Of a stretch of 64,000 nucleotides of DNA, positions 1 to 9,965 are shown piece by piece. Below the pieces are notes generated by a model. It was not told the origin of the DNA, did no database searches, and worked only from the letters and a program-made list of their open reading frames with translations. This stretch comes from an uncultured Nitrososphaerota archaeon. Its GTDB lineage: Archaea > Thermoproteota > Nitrososphaeria > Nitrososphaerales > CADDZS01. How positions within the stretch are numbered: position 1 is the first letter of the stretch; every line of letters starts with the position of its first letter. The position numbers were made by a program, and so were the translations under genes. Where the stretch lies: assembly GCA_963799845.1 (NCBI GenBank), contig CAWCYI010000004.1, positions 1,184,001-1,248,000 of the forward strand, given 5' to 3'.

Positions 1-733
1 GAAAGGATAATCTGTGCGACAACTTTTCGGTGATGGCGATCAATGCAGACGGATCGTGGGCTGAAGCCGTCGTAGTCCCATCCCGACATGTCCACAACCT
101 CCCAGGCAATCTTGAATTTCCTGAAGGTGCGATCATGAACTGCTCCGTTTTTACGGCATATCACGCCAACAAGCTCGCGGAAGTTTCGCCGGTGACAGCG
201 TACTTGTGTACGGTCTGGGCGGCGTCGGCATTAGCGTACTCCAGTGGGCGAAGATTTTTGGGGCGAATGAAATCGTCGCGCTTGATTTTGAAGAGGGAAA
301 GCTCCGTCTTGCAAAAGAAAAGGGTGCAACGAAGACTTTCAGCCCCAAGAATTCCGGAGATCCGGTCAAAGAACTCAAGGAAATGACAAATGGCGGAGTC
401 GATATTGCGTTCGAAGTTATAGGGCGCGCCGACACGACTAGGAAAACCATCGAGTGTGTAGGAAAAGGAGGCAAGGCGGTACTTGTGGGGATGTGTTTCG
501 AGAATTGGCCGATGAATACTGTGAACGACCTGCAAGTATCCGAGATTAAAATGATGAGCCCGCAGGATCATCTGAAATCTGAAATTCCTCAGATACTGAA
601 GTTCATTGAATCGGGGCGCTTTGATCTGAAGAACGTAGTGACCCACAGGATTTCGCTGAATGACGTAAACAGGGGTGTCGAGATTCTGGACAAAAGGATC
701 AGCAATCCCGGAAGGATAGTGATGGAACCGTGA
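1..733 (+). CDS. Zn-dependent medium-chain alcohol dehydrogenase (5' truncated by window; 1-nt frameshift ~191)
   Basis: ORF 30.. gives DGSWAEAVVVP...GAIMNCSVFTAYHA. Adding one G at ccggtgac (PGDSVLVYG) joins it to ORF 206..733 with Rossmann GLGGVG and C-terminal THRISL...GRIV. Confidence 0.85.
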
Positions 734-873
734 AATTACGGATCGAAAGGGTTCAAAGTATCAACGGGACGCAATCCACGAACTTGCTTTGAAATCCGAT
801 TAGATCGAAAAAATCAAGTCAATCAGATATTCATAAAAATATCACAGAATTTCGAGTTTTTCGATCTTTAACA

Positions 874-1148
874 ATGGACTCTAATTCCAAAGTTTCCGGG
901 GACGAAAATTTCAATGCTGAGAATTCTGAAAAGACAGAGAAGGATGAGCGTGTCCAAAGCCGCGGATTTCACCGGGTTCGAGGCTGAAAGATGCAAGTCA
1001 GCATTCGAGAACTTCTCTGGAAAGAATTTTGTTTACTTTTGAATCAGATGAATATTGGATTACTTCCGAAGGCGAGGGATATCTAGCGTACTCAAAATCT
1101 TTCAAAGATCCAGCGACAAGGATGCTCGATTCCGGCAATAGGCCCTAG
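874..1148 (+). CDS. Small winged-helix protein, ~90 aa, broken by two +1 homopolymer frameshifts (~900, ~1033)
   Basis: Manual translation: MDSNSKVSG/TKISMLRILKRQRRMSVSKAADFTGFEAERCKSAFENFSGKNFV/TFESDEYWITSEGEGYLAYSK...*. YxITxEGxxYL is a typical wHTH wing motif. Confidence 0.5.
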
Positions 1149-1205
1149 CTCCGGGGTTTATCTCTAGCTAACGGTGTTCCGTCTGCGTTCAGCATTAGCT
1201 GGCAG

Positions 1206-3170
1206 TTATGTAATGTTCGCATCTCTGAGAATCTTCGCGAACCTCGGGTCTTGGCGAAAACTATCAAATAAGCACAAGTAGCGGAGCAGATACTGACCAA
1301 CAGTCTTTTCCCTGACGGCGATCTCTAGGTACTCGAAAAACTTGTCTGGATCGTTCAAACCCGCGTACACACAAGCGATGCTCTCACTCCCAACAAAATT
1401 TTCAGATCTAGTTTTCAATAGCTCGTTCAATATCTTCTTTGCCTCGTCGGTTTCTCCCTTTATCGCGCAAGCGTATCCCAATACTCCCATCAACCGCGAA
1501 TGACCTGGCGAGAATACCAAGCCTCTTTTCAATTCTCTTTTCGCTTCGTCCAGTCTTGAGAATTTGATGAGCCATATCGATCTCCAGAGATATAACACGA
1601 AGAACCCAGGCTCAAACTTCAGAGTATCTTCCCACTGACGCCAAGCTTCCTCATTCATTCCCGAATCGAGATACATGGAGCCGAGAACGGTTCGAATTAT
1701 TGGAGACAGAGGATCGGCCCTCAGTGCTATTTTCATCTCTTCAACCGCTTCACGTGGTCTTCCCAAACTGCTCAGGCATATAGCATACCAGTGATGGGCG
1801 GAAGCGTAGTTGGGATTAAGTGATATTGCCAACTTGTACTCTTTTTCCGCATTCACCTGGTCGTAATCATGCTCAAGAGATGACGCGAGGACGGTATGTG
1901 CTTCGACAAGATTGCGATCGATTTCGAGCGCTTTTTTCGAGTACTCTCGCGCTCTCGGGAGTACTTCCGCAGCTGGCATTTGTCCATAATCGAGTAAAAC
2001 AAGGTAGCATGCAGCTAATCCTGAGTAGGCAAGTGCAAACCTCGTGTCTTTCCCAATAGCGAGCTCGAAGAGGTGAATTGCTTCCTTAATCGCCGCGGGT
2101 GTTCGCTCATACATCTTCTGTGCCGCTTTCATGTACAACGTATATGCGTCCAAGCTTTCAGTGGCTTTGCTTTCTACTCGTTTCACTTCGTCTTTGACTA
2201 GCCTCACTTGCAAAACGTCGGCAACGCGCTTTGCGATGTCGCTCTGGATCGCAAATACATCGTCGAGCTTCCTATCATACGAATCTGACCAGACATGATT
2301 GCTCGTCCGCGCGTCTATCAACTGGGTCGTGACCCGCAGTCTATCGCCAGCCATCCGAACGCTTCCTTCCAAAACGGATCCGACCTCAAGCTCCCGGCCG
2401 ATTTCATCGATCCCTTTGTTTGCATTCTTATAACGAATAACAGATGTCCTTGCAATTACTTGCAGACCGCTGATCTTTGAAATGGTCGATATGAGCTCCT
2501 CCGTCATCCCATCGCTAAAGTATGCGTCGTTTGGATTCGGACTGATGTTGTCAAATGGGAGGACTGCGATTCTTCGTTTGTCCAATCCAGTTCTCTCCTG
2601 AGAATCCTTTCGATTTTTCTCCCATGGCAGGATTATTTTGTAGATCTCTGTGGCAAACTTGACATTCTTCAGATCTGATCGCTCTAAACGTTCAAGAGGA
2701 AGATCTGTCTTGTTGTGCACCTGATCGTAGACCTGCTCAGAAATGCAAATTCCCTCAGGATCGGCCAGCGGTTGAATTCTGGATGCGATGTTGACTGCAT
2801 CACCGAGGACATCATTTGATTTGTGTACCACGTCTCCCAGATGAATTCCAATCCTGAGCTTGATCTTCCAATCGTCTCGCGAGGATACGTTGTAATCGTG
2901 GAGAAACTCCTGGATCTCCACGGCACACCGGGTTGCATCCAGTGCACTGTCAAACTCTGCAAGGAAAGCATCGCCGATAGTTTTGATTTCGCGTCCGTTG
3001 TGTTTTGGAAAGATTGGGCGAAGAATCCTGTTGTGCCGTTCCAGAACATCCAGGGCTCGAGTTTCATCCGATTGTGTGAGCGCCGTGTATCCCACAATGT
3101 CGGTAAACATGATAGCAGCGAGCTTGCGTTCTCCTGCTCTGGCATCAGACAAAATAACGCTACCTCTCAC
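1206..3170 (-). CDS. Class III adenylate cyclase with TolB_N-like and TPR domains
   Basis: FTDIVGYT, IKTIGDAF, DVLGDAVNIASR (metal Asps, K/D adenine specificity, N..R); RIAVLPFDNISPNPNDAYFSDGMTEELI (TolB_N-like); TPR repeats; ends DPRF. Confidence 0.9.
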   Translation of the reverse strand: MRGSVILSDARAGERKLAAIMFTDIVGYTALTQSDETRALDVLERHNRILRPIFPKHNGREIKTIGDAFLAEFDSALDATRCAVEIQEFLHDYNVSSRDDWKIKLRIGIHLGDVVHKSNDVLGDAVNIASRIQPLADPEGICISEQVYDQVHNKTDLPLERLERSDLKNVKFATEIYKIILPWEKNRKDSQERTGLDKRRIAVLPFDNISPNPNDAYFSDGMTEELISTISKISGLQVIARTSVIRYKNANKGIDEIGRELEVGSVLEGSVRMAGDRLRVTTQLIDARTSNHVWSDSYDRKLDDVFAIQSDIAKRVADVLQVRLVKDEVKRVESKATESLDAYTLYMKAAQKMYERTPAAIKEAIHLFELAIGKDTRFALAYSGLAACYLVLLDYGQMPAAEVLPRAREYSKKALEIDRNLVEAHTVLASSLEHDYDQVNAEKEYKLAISLNPNYASAHHWYAICLSSLGRPREAVEEMKIALRADPLSPIIRTVLGSMYLDSGMNEEAWRQWEDTLKFEPGFFVLYLWRSIWLIKFSRLDEAKRELKRGLVFSPGHSRLMGVLGYACAIKGETDEAKKILNELLKTRSENFVGSESIACVYAGLNDPDKFFEYLEIAVREKTVGQYLLRYLCLFDSFRQDPRFAKILRDANIT

Positions 3171-3292
3171 TGAATTTCTCTGTGGTTTAGATAAAATCCT
3201 TTTAGTCTGTCTCTCGTCATCGGGGAAACCTTCAATACTTCAGAGCAAGGGACGATTTTCAAAGATTAAACTTCTTGGTGTTGGATGAACAA

Positions 3293-4516
3293 ATGTCGCA
3301 AGGAATCAATGAAAAACTCTGGAAGAACGAGCACTGGTGGACCAGTCCCTACAACTTCGTGGAGGAGGTCAGGAGGAACTCTCATTTTGCAACATCAATC
3401 GAGCTCCACGACGTGACGCTCCGTGACGGAGAGCAGACGCCCGGAGTTGTTTTCTCCAAAGACGACAAGCTTCGAATAGCGATGAAACTGGACGAAGCGA
3501 AGGTCCAGAGAATAGAAGCTGGCATGCCGGTTGTTTCTGACGAGGACAAACAGGCGATCAAAGAGATCGTGAAGAACACCTCTTTTTCCAAGATCTTTGC
3601 ATTCTGCCGTGCCCGGAAGCAGGACATCGATGCAGCTATCGGCTGTGATGTCTCCTCCGTCATCATCGAAATTCCAGTATTGAAGGAGCGCCTCGCGGTC
3701 ATGGGGACGGCGGTCGAGAAAGCTTCCGCGGATGCAATTGGTGTAATCGAGTACGCGAAGCAGCACGGAATATTTGTGGTCTTTTTCCCGTACGACACGA
3801 CGCGGGCCGACCTCGACTCGATCAGAATTATGATGAAGGCGGGGGAATCCGCCCATGCTGATAGGCTTGCCGTCGTCGATACGATGAGCGCTTCCTCGCC
3901 TGAGGGATTTTCCTATCTCGTTAGAAAGGTCAAAGACATGGTCAGCCTCCCGCTCGAAGTTCACTGCCATAACTCGCTAAGTCTGGGCGTTGCAAATACC
4001 CTCGCGGGACTCTCCGTGGGCGCAAAGGCGGCGCACGTTTCCGTCAATGGGATCGGTGAAAGTGCGGGAAACGTGGCTCTTGAGGAGGTCGTCATGTCGC
4101 TGTTACTCCTTTACGGCATCGATTGCGGTATCGATCTCATGAAACTGCACGAAGCCTCCATTTTAGTATCCGAGCTTTCAAAAATTCCCATACCCGTCAA
4201 CAAACCCGTGCTCGGGAGGAATATTTTCAGGAGGGAGAGCGGGATCGCAGTCGAGCGATACTATAAGATGCCTGAGCTAGCAAGACAACTGGAACTGTTC
4301 GATCCGAGCTGGTTTGCCGACGAGACCGAGATTGTGCTCGGCAAGAAAAGTGGAAAGTACTCAATCATGTACCACCTGCGGAAGAAGGGAATCGAAGCAA
4401 GCGAAGAGCAGGTCAATGAGATGCTTGCGAAGGTCAAACAAAAATCGATGGAGAAAAAGAACCTGGTAACGGACGAGGAATTCGATGAAATTGTTTCGGC
4501 GGTACTGAAAAATTAG
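3293..4516 (+). CDS. DRE-TIM metallolyase (homocitrate/isopropylmalate synthase-like, no C-terminal regulatory domain)
   Basis: DVTLRDGEQ, HCHN, GIGESAGN, ESGI, LGKKSG motifs. ATG 3293 preferred to TTG 3275. Confidence 0.85.
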   Translation: MSQGINEKLWKNEHWWTSPYNFVEEVRRNSHFATSIELHDVTLRDGEQTPGVVFSKDDKLRIAMKLDEAKVQRIEAGMPVVSDEDKQAIKEIVKNTSFSKIFAFCRARKQDIDAAIGCDVSSVIIEIPVLKERLAVMGTAVEKASADAIGVIEYAKQHGIFVVFFPYDTTRADLDSIRIMMKAGESAHADRLAVVDTMSASSPEGFSYLVRKVKDMVSLPLEVHCHNSLSLGVANTLAGLSVGAKAAHVSVNGIGESAGNVALEEVVMSLLLLYGIDCGIDLMKLHEASILVSELSKIPIPVNKPVLGRNIFRRESGIAVERYYKMPELARQLELFDPSWFADETEIVLGKKSGKYSIMYHLRKKGIEASEEQVNEMLAKVKQKSMEKKNLVTDEEFDEIVSAVLKN

Positions 4517-4532
4517 GGCATAGTGTGATTAG

Positions 4533-5699
4533 TTGCAGATCAAAAGTGTAGAATCGCACGTTGTTCACTCTCAGGACACGACTAAAGGTATGCAGCATGA
4601 GCCAAATGTTGGAGGCCATTCTGGTTACTTTGTTCTAGTCCACATAAAGACAGATGAAGAGGTTGATGGATGGGGCGAGTGCGCGACAGGAAGCGACTTT
4701 GGAGAGGCCGCCTTTGCCGCAAGGGCCATAATCGAGAAAGGATTTGCCAGAAGATTAATCGACAAAGATCCGCTTGAGTACAGAAAGTTATGGGAAGTGC
4801 TCTACGCTTCAACCGAGAATTATGGACGTAGAGATCTGGGTGTCCTGGCACTGAGCGGGGTAGATACTGCCCTGGTAGATGTTGCCGCAAAAAAGTATGA
4901 AGTCCCGGCGTGTGTGTTGTTAGGTGGTCGATACAATGAAGAAGTTCCGCTTTACGCGAGTCTCCTCTTTGACATGGACGACCCAGTTGGGACTGCTGTG
5001 AAGGGAAAAAAATACCTCAGCGAGAATTACGCCGGGATAAAGTTTGGCTGGGGCATGGTTCCGTCAAAACCATTTGGCAAGAATCTCAAGGCTGACGAAG
5101 CAATGGTAAAAACGATCCGTGAGACTTTAGGCTATGATATCAAGCTCATGATAGATGTGGGAAGGTACGTCAACCTGTCTTCGTCGCAGGTGCTGAAAAT
5201 GGCGAGCGCTTTTGAGAAATATGACATCACTTGGCTCGAGGAACCACTGCCGAGGGACGACATTGATGGGTATCGAGTGATCTCTCGCAGGTCGCCGATT
5301 CCGATTGCAGCCGGCGAAGGTTACCGAACGATGCATGATTTTAGGCGGTCAATTACGAGGGGGGAAGTCAATCTGTTGCAACCCGACGTTAGCAAAGCCG
5401 GTGGTCTCTCAGAGACGAAAAGGATAGTGGAGATGGCACATGATTTTAACGTCCCGTGGGTTCCGCACAACTGGAGCACTGCTTTGAACTCGGCGGCAAC
5501 ACTTCACCTTGTGGCTTCCTCAATTGATGCATACCTGATGGAGTTTAAGCAGGAGCTGAATCCTCTAATTCAAGAGATCGCGAAACGTGGGGAAGAAATA
5601 TTTTCAGTCCGTGGTGGAAAAATGCGTGTGCCATCCGGCCTAGGATTGGGAATTGAAATCGATGAAGATGCTGTTGCGAAGTACGAAGTATCCCGGTAA
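4533..5699 (+). CDS. Mandelate racemase/muconate lactonizing (enolase superfamily) enzyme
   Basis: SGVDTALVD, LLGG, MIDVG, WLEEP, AAGE, QPD, PHNW, GLGIEID. Confidence 0.9.
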   Translation: MQIKSVESHVVHSQDTTKGMQHEPNVGGHSGYFVLVHIKTDEEVDGWGECATGSDFGEAAFAARAIIEKGFARRLIDKDPLEYRKLWEVLYASTENYGRRDLGVLALSGVDTALVDVAAKKYEVPACVLLGGRYNEEVPLYASLLFDMDDPVGTAVKGKKYLSENYAGIKFGWGMVPSKPFGKNLKADEAMVKTIRETLGYDIKLMIDVGRYVNLSSSQVLKMASAFEKYDITWLEEPLPRDDIDGYRVISRRSPIPIAAGEGYRTMHDFRRSITRGEVNLLQPDVSKAGGLSETKRIVEMAHDFNVPWVPHNWSTALNSAATLHLVASSIDAYLMEFKQELNPLIQEIAKRGEEIFSVRGGKMRVPSGLGLGIEIDEDAVAKYEVSR

Positions 5700-5737
5700 A
5701 CTGTGAGATCTGTCTTGTTCTTTAATCGTAATTTGGT

Positions 5738-6733
5738 CTAACTGCTCTTCACGTGCGGAATGACCTTCTCCATCAGGGTCTGCATGCTGACGTTGGGATT
5801 TCGGCCTTCGTCGGCGAAAACAATGTAATTTAGATCTGCCTCTACGAGATTCTGTAAGGGCTCGATGAGATCCTCTGCCCTGGAAACGAGATGATGGTGT
5901 GAGATTATCAATTCATTTGGGGCGCGTGAACCAAGCTCTTGAATTTTCCTTGGATCCATTTCGTTCCTAGCCGCATCAATTAGACCCATCGCGGCCGCAC
6001 CATTTTTCATCATTCGGACCAGCCGTTCGACATCTCCGATCGCGAACTCGAACGTTCCGATCTTGAGAGCCTTTGAAGGGTCTCGGCCGGTTTTTCGCAT
6101 CGCCCTTTCAAATTCGGGAATTATTTCGTTCTTGATCTTCGCGGGGTCGCTGACCGTCGTAATCAGGTGATCCCCAAGCGCACCCGCAATTCGTGCCGCA
6201 TATTTTCCTCGTGCAGACACAATGATTGGAATTTTTCGAGATGATCTAGTATACAAGAACACTTTCTGAACCTTGAAGTATTTACCATCCCAGTCGAAAT
6301 AATCCTCAGAATCCCAGAGTTTTCTTATGAGTTCTAGTCCCTCCTTCATACGTTCTCCCCTCTCTTTCCACTCAGGCCACCTTCCCATGAACCTGTACTC
6401 ACTCATTGCCTGTCCTGTTCCAACTCCCAACTGGAATCTGCCGGGAAACATGTTGTCTAGAGTTGCCGCGTTCTGAGCAATTATCAAGGGATGATACCTC
6501 CCTCCTATTGGAATCGTCACGCTGGGGCCTATCTTAATCTCGCTTGTTCTTGCTAATGCGACCCCGAGCCAGGGCCAAACCGCAGGAGCCTGCGCGTCGG
6601 TGTGAAACCAAGGCAAAAAGTGATCACCCATCCACACGGAATCGTAACCAAGTTTCTCGGCAACCTGTGCGGACTCGACATGTTCCATCGGCTGGAACCA
6701 TCCACCGTCAAGATCGAAACCAAACTTGAGCAT
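5738..6733 (-). CDS. LLM-class oxidoreductase, F420-dependent G6PDH-like subfamily
   Basis: GDHFLPWFHT..AP..WPWLG; RYHPLIIAQ..ATLD.MFPGRF.LGVGTG.A..E. Confidence 0.85.
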   Translation of the reverse strand: MLKFGFDLDGGWFQPMEHVESAQVAEKLGYDSVWMGDHFLPWFHTDAQAPAVWPWLGVALARTSEIKIGPSVTIPIGGRYHPLIIAQNAATLDNMFPGRFQLGVGTGQAMSEYRFMGRWPEWKERGERMKEGLELIRKLWDSEDYFDWDGKYFKVQKVFLYTRSSRKIPIIVSARGKYAARIAGALGDHLITTVSDPAKIKNEIIPEFERAMRKTGRDPSKALKIGTFEFAIGDVERLVRMMKNGAAAMGLIDAARNEMDPRKIQELGSRAPNELIISHHHLVSRAEDLIEPLQNLVEADLNYIVFADEGRNPNVSMQTLMEKVIPHVKSS

Positions 6734-6859
6734 TTTGATCCGTCCTAATTGTCGAGCAGGGTAATCGTTGATCTAATAAAATTAATCGTGAATGAGCAAA
6801 GTCAAAAGTCCACAACCAGTATTTTTCAAAGATTGTCCGGTTGCATAATTAGAAGAATG

Positions 6860-6888
6860 TAAGAAAGCAAGGGAGCCCAGAGGGCTCC
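6860..6888 (-). terminator. Candidate terminator after solute-binding protein gene
   Basis: Perfect 7-bp stem GGAGCCC-N3-GGGCTCC (6872-6888), followed on the minus strand by CTTGCTTTCTT, 20 nt after the stop codon. Confidence 0.45.
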
Positions 6889-6907
6889 AAGTTACGTCAA
6901 TGGAGAG

Positions 6908-8818
6908 CTAAGGACTATTGGAACTTGTTGATGGGGCTGGTGGGGTGCTAGTTGTTGCTTTTGGTTTCCTTCTCATTAACAAAGCAACTGCCACAACGAT
7001 GATTATGATTACGATCACTATCCCCGCGATTAATGTGGAGCTGGTTGTCGTGGACGTCGACGAGGAAGAGCTCGCAACTTGGGTTGTTGATTGAGAGACA
7101 GAAGTCGTTAATGGACTGCTGGACGAGATTGCTGTCGTTATTCCGCTAGTAGTTGGAGTTACGGCCGTGAAGAAGTTCTCAGCCATCGTTGGAAAATAAA
7201 ACGTCTGATAATTCAGGGCGTTTGTGAGAGCAGGTTGGTAGCCGCTGAATGCCTGCGTGTTATACGCAACATATTGGGGTAACACTACTATTGTACTGAT
7301 TATCGAAAAGTTTGCAAGGATGAATTCGGATTGTTTGAGTTCTTGCAGACTCGAAGTCGCGTTGACATCGTGCAACGCAGTCTGGAATATAGTGTGCCAT
7401 GTTGTGTAGGTGGATGTATTTTTCCATTGAAGTGGCAGATTTACTGGATTTCGCATCCATTTGTAAGGAGATGGAAAATAGGCTTGATTCGACAGTATCA
7501 TTTGGTAGACGCCCGTGCTGAATATATCATTTGTATCCGTTGTGTAATCGACTATCTTTGAATTCGCTTGCAGTCCAATACTTTCCATCGAATTTACTAT
7601 CATTTGATCAGCTCTTACGAAATTCGGGTCATTATTCGGGGCCTCGACATTTACGGTCGGGACAGTCCCATTCGGAAGCTGCCATTTTCCAGCAGAATTT
7701 AGAGTCAACCCTGCTTCTTTCAGAAGTGTCATCGCTTGGCTGGTACTGTAATTGAACTCGGGAGCGCTTGAACCTGGCCAATATTCAGGTACAGCTTGGG
7801 GTAAAAGGGCGAGAGAGTTCCCAATGTTAGTCTGGTTATTGTAAAGCTGCGAATCGATTTGGTACTTTGGTATCAGCGTCATTAGCGCCTGTCTGAAGAA
7901 GGTGTTGTTAAACGGAAATCCGGTAGGTTCAATGTACGCGTACATCTGATTAATGCTGGGAATTTGATCGACTTTGAGGAACGAAGTCGTGTTCAGGGCA
8001 CCCTGGTCGCTTGCAGTAATTACGGCCACATCAACAGAGCCAGCAGCTAGCGCGTTAACGAGGGGTTGATCTTGAGTAAAGAATTGCAGGGTAATCGTAG
8101 AAACTTTCGGAGAAGAACCATTCCAGCTAGGCGAGGACGGATTGGGAACTAGGGTCATCGAATTTCCGGTTCCAGTGTAGTTTGATGGAATGTAAGCGGT
8201 ATCGCCCGGGCCGCCGAGTATCGAGGTTGTTCCAAGAATATTGTTACCAGTAAATTGTTTGTAATAATGCCAAGGATAAATCTGGTACAGCCAAGTCAGG
8301 TACAAAAATAATGGATCGGGAGCTGCGGTTTGTAGCATTATCGCGGTTGAGTTTACAATCGTGATATTGCTGACAGTCCCCTGTACATTACCCCAGACAT
8401 CGACCGCTGATAGATTTGCATATGGTCCGGTTGTCAGGTAGATGCCGTAAGAATAAGCCAGGTCACTTGAGTTTATTGGAACGCCGTCAGACCACTTCAT
8501 ACTTGGCGATCTCAAATTAATAATCCATTGTGTATCGTTAGATCCAGCTACAGGAGTTGGGATATCACATAGATCAGGATGAGGAGTCCCAGAAATTCCG
8601 TAAGTGTAACAATACAAATACGGTATCTGAGTAATCGTGTTGTCGCCGCCCCAACTTGTTGCTGTTTGAAGCCACGTAGTTGGTGGATTTGTGGGCACGC
8701 CAACAACTAGATTGCTCGTTGATTGAACAGACGAAACAGGAATCGCCGAAACGATCGAAAACATAACGGACATTGCAAACAAGAAGATCAGCGGGATAAG
8801 TCTCAGGTTGGAATTCAT
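6908..8818 (-). CDS. ABC transporter family-5 substrate-binding protein with C-terminal S/T linker and TM anchor
   Basis: N-terminal signal peptide; MKWSDGVPINSSDLAYS; PFNNTFFRQAL; S/T-rich linker, TM helix, RRK; many N-x-S/T sequons. Confidence 0.9.
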   Translation of the reverse strand: MNSNLRLIPLIFLFAMSVMFSIVSAIPVSSVQSTSNLVVGVPTNPPTTWLQTATSWGGDNTITQIPYLYCYTYGISGTPHPDLCDIPTPVAGSNDTQWIINLRSPSMKWSDGVPINSSDLAYSYGIYLTTGPYANLSAVDVWGNVQGTVSNITIVNSTAIMLQTAAPDPLFLYLTWLYQIYPWHYYKQFTGNNILGTTSILGGPGDTAYIPSNYTGTGNSMTLVPNPSSPSWNGSSPKVSTITLQFFTQDQPLVNALAAGSVDVAVITASDQGALNTTSFLKVDQIPSINQMYAYIEPTGFPFNNTFFRQALMTLIPKYQIDSQLYNNQTNIGNSLALLPQAVPEYWPGSSAPEFNYSTSQAMTLLKEAGLTLNSAGKWQLPNGTVPTVNVEAPNNDPNFVRADQMIVNSMESIGLQANSKIVDYTTDTNDIFSTGVYQMILSNQAYFPSPYKWMRNPVNLPLQWKNTSTYTTWHTIFQTALHDVNATSSLQELKQSEFILANFSIISTIVVLPQYVAYNTQAFSGYQPALTNALNYQTFYFPTMAENFFTAVTPTTSGITTAISSSSPLTTSVSQSTTQVASSSSSTSTTTSSTLIAGIVIVIIIIVVAVALLMRRKPKATTSTPPAPSTSSNSP

Positions 8819-8942
8819 TGATACGATACCCGCTAAGGAAGGTATTATTATGTTTATGTTTTATGCTGATTTAGGCGTAAGTCTTCAGTTTGTCCAAATT
8901 CGATGTCGAATCACAGATTTCACAAAATGGGTTCTTTTGGAA

Positions 8943-9941
8943 TCAACCGGTGCCTCTGACAAAACAGGAAACAGAGCGTTCAGGTTTTGCTATTTCAAGT
9001 CTGGGTCTTGAATCAGCGCATTTTTCAATCGCGAGGGGACACCTGTTGTAGAATTTGCAACCCTGGAGATTCGGTTTGACCTCTCTTGTCTTATCCTGGT
9101 TCGTGATCCATGACTGATCTCCCTTTAGTTTGGGAGCCGACCTTAGAAGAAGTTCTGTGTAGGGATGAAGTGGGAAATTGATTACACCCTGCACTGGTCC
9201 AAGTTCTACTATTTCTCCTCTGTACATCACTGCGATTCTGTCGCTGATGTATTGAGCAACGGCCAGATCGTGCGTTATGAACAATACTGTGAGCCGAAAG
9301 TTCTTGTTCAGGTTAACGATCAGATCAAGGATACCTGCCCTGAGACTCACGTCCAGCATTGAGACCGGCTCGTCCGCAACCAAAACCTGCGGCCCGACGA
9401 CAAGCGCTCGGGCTATCGCCAGTCGCTGCCGCTGACCCCCGCTGAGCTGCGTCGGATATTTTCCTTCCAGTTCCTCGCTGTTGAGACCGACCCGCCCCAG
9501 AGCTTCCGCGATTTTTTCCATTACGCTTGCTTCATCTTTTGCGATCCCAAATTTCTTTACCGGGACCGACAAGGTGTCGTGGATTGTAGCAAGCGGGTTG
9601 AACGTGCTGTAAGGGTCTTGAAAGATCATTTGAGTCATCTTCCAGAGGTCTCGCAGGCTCCTTCTGTCAAACTTTTGTTCCTGACCGTTTACCACGATTC
9701 TGCCAGAAGTTGGCCTCTCCAGACCCAAAATAGTCCTCCCGAGCGTGGTCTTTCCGCTTCCGCTCTCTCCAACTAGAGAGAGAATCTCCCCCCGTCGAAG
9801 GTTTAGACTGACCCCGTCCACCGCCTTTACGAGTTTCGTTCCGTAGTCTACCAGTCCGGCACTAGAGCTCGCTCTAAAATGCACTCTAAGGTCTTCAATC
9901 TCGATTATTGGTTCATTTTTTTCTAGCTCCTGCTGCATCAT
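8943..9941 (-). CDS. oppF: Oligopeptide/dipeptide ABC ATPase (OppF-like)
   Basis: GESGSGKT, LSGGQRQR, VADEP, HPYT, Cys-rich C-terminus. Confidence 0.92.
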   Translation of the reverse strand: MMQQELEKNEPIIEIEDLRVHFRASSSAGLVDYGTKLVKAVDGVSLNLRRGEILSLVGESGSGKTTLGRTILGLERPTSGRIVVNGQEQKFDRRSLRDLWKMTQMIFQDPYSTFNPLATIHDTLSVPVKKFGIAKDEASVMEKIAEALGRVGLNSEELEGKYPTQLSGGQRQRLAIARALVVGPQVLVADEPVSMLDVSLRAGILDLIVNLNKNFRLTVLFITHDLAVAQYISDRIAVMYRGEIVELGPVQGVINFPLHPYTELLLRSAPKLKGDQSWITNQDKTREVKPNLQGCKFYNRCPLAIEKCADSRPRLEIAKPERSVSCFVRGTG

Positions 9942-9965
9942 GAAAATATCATCCCCATCAGCCGA

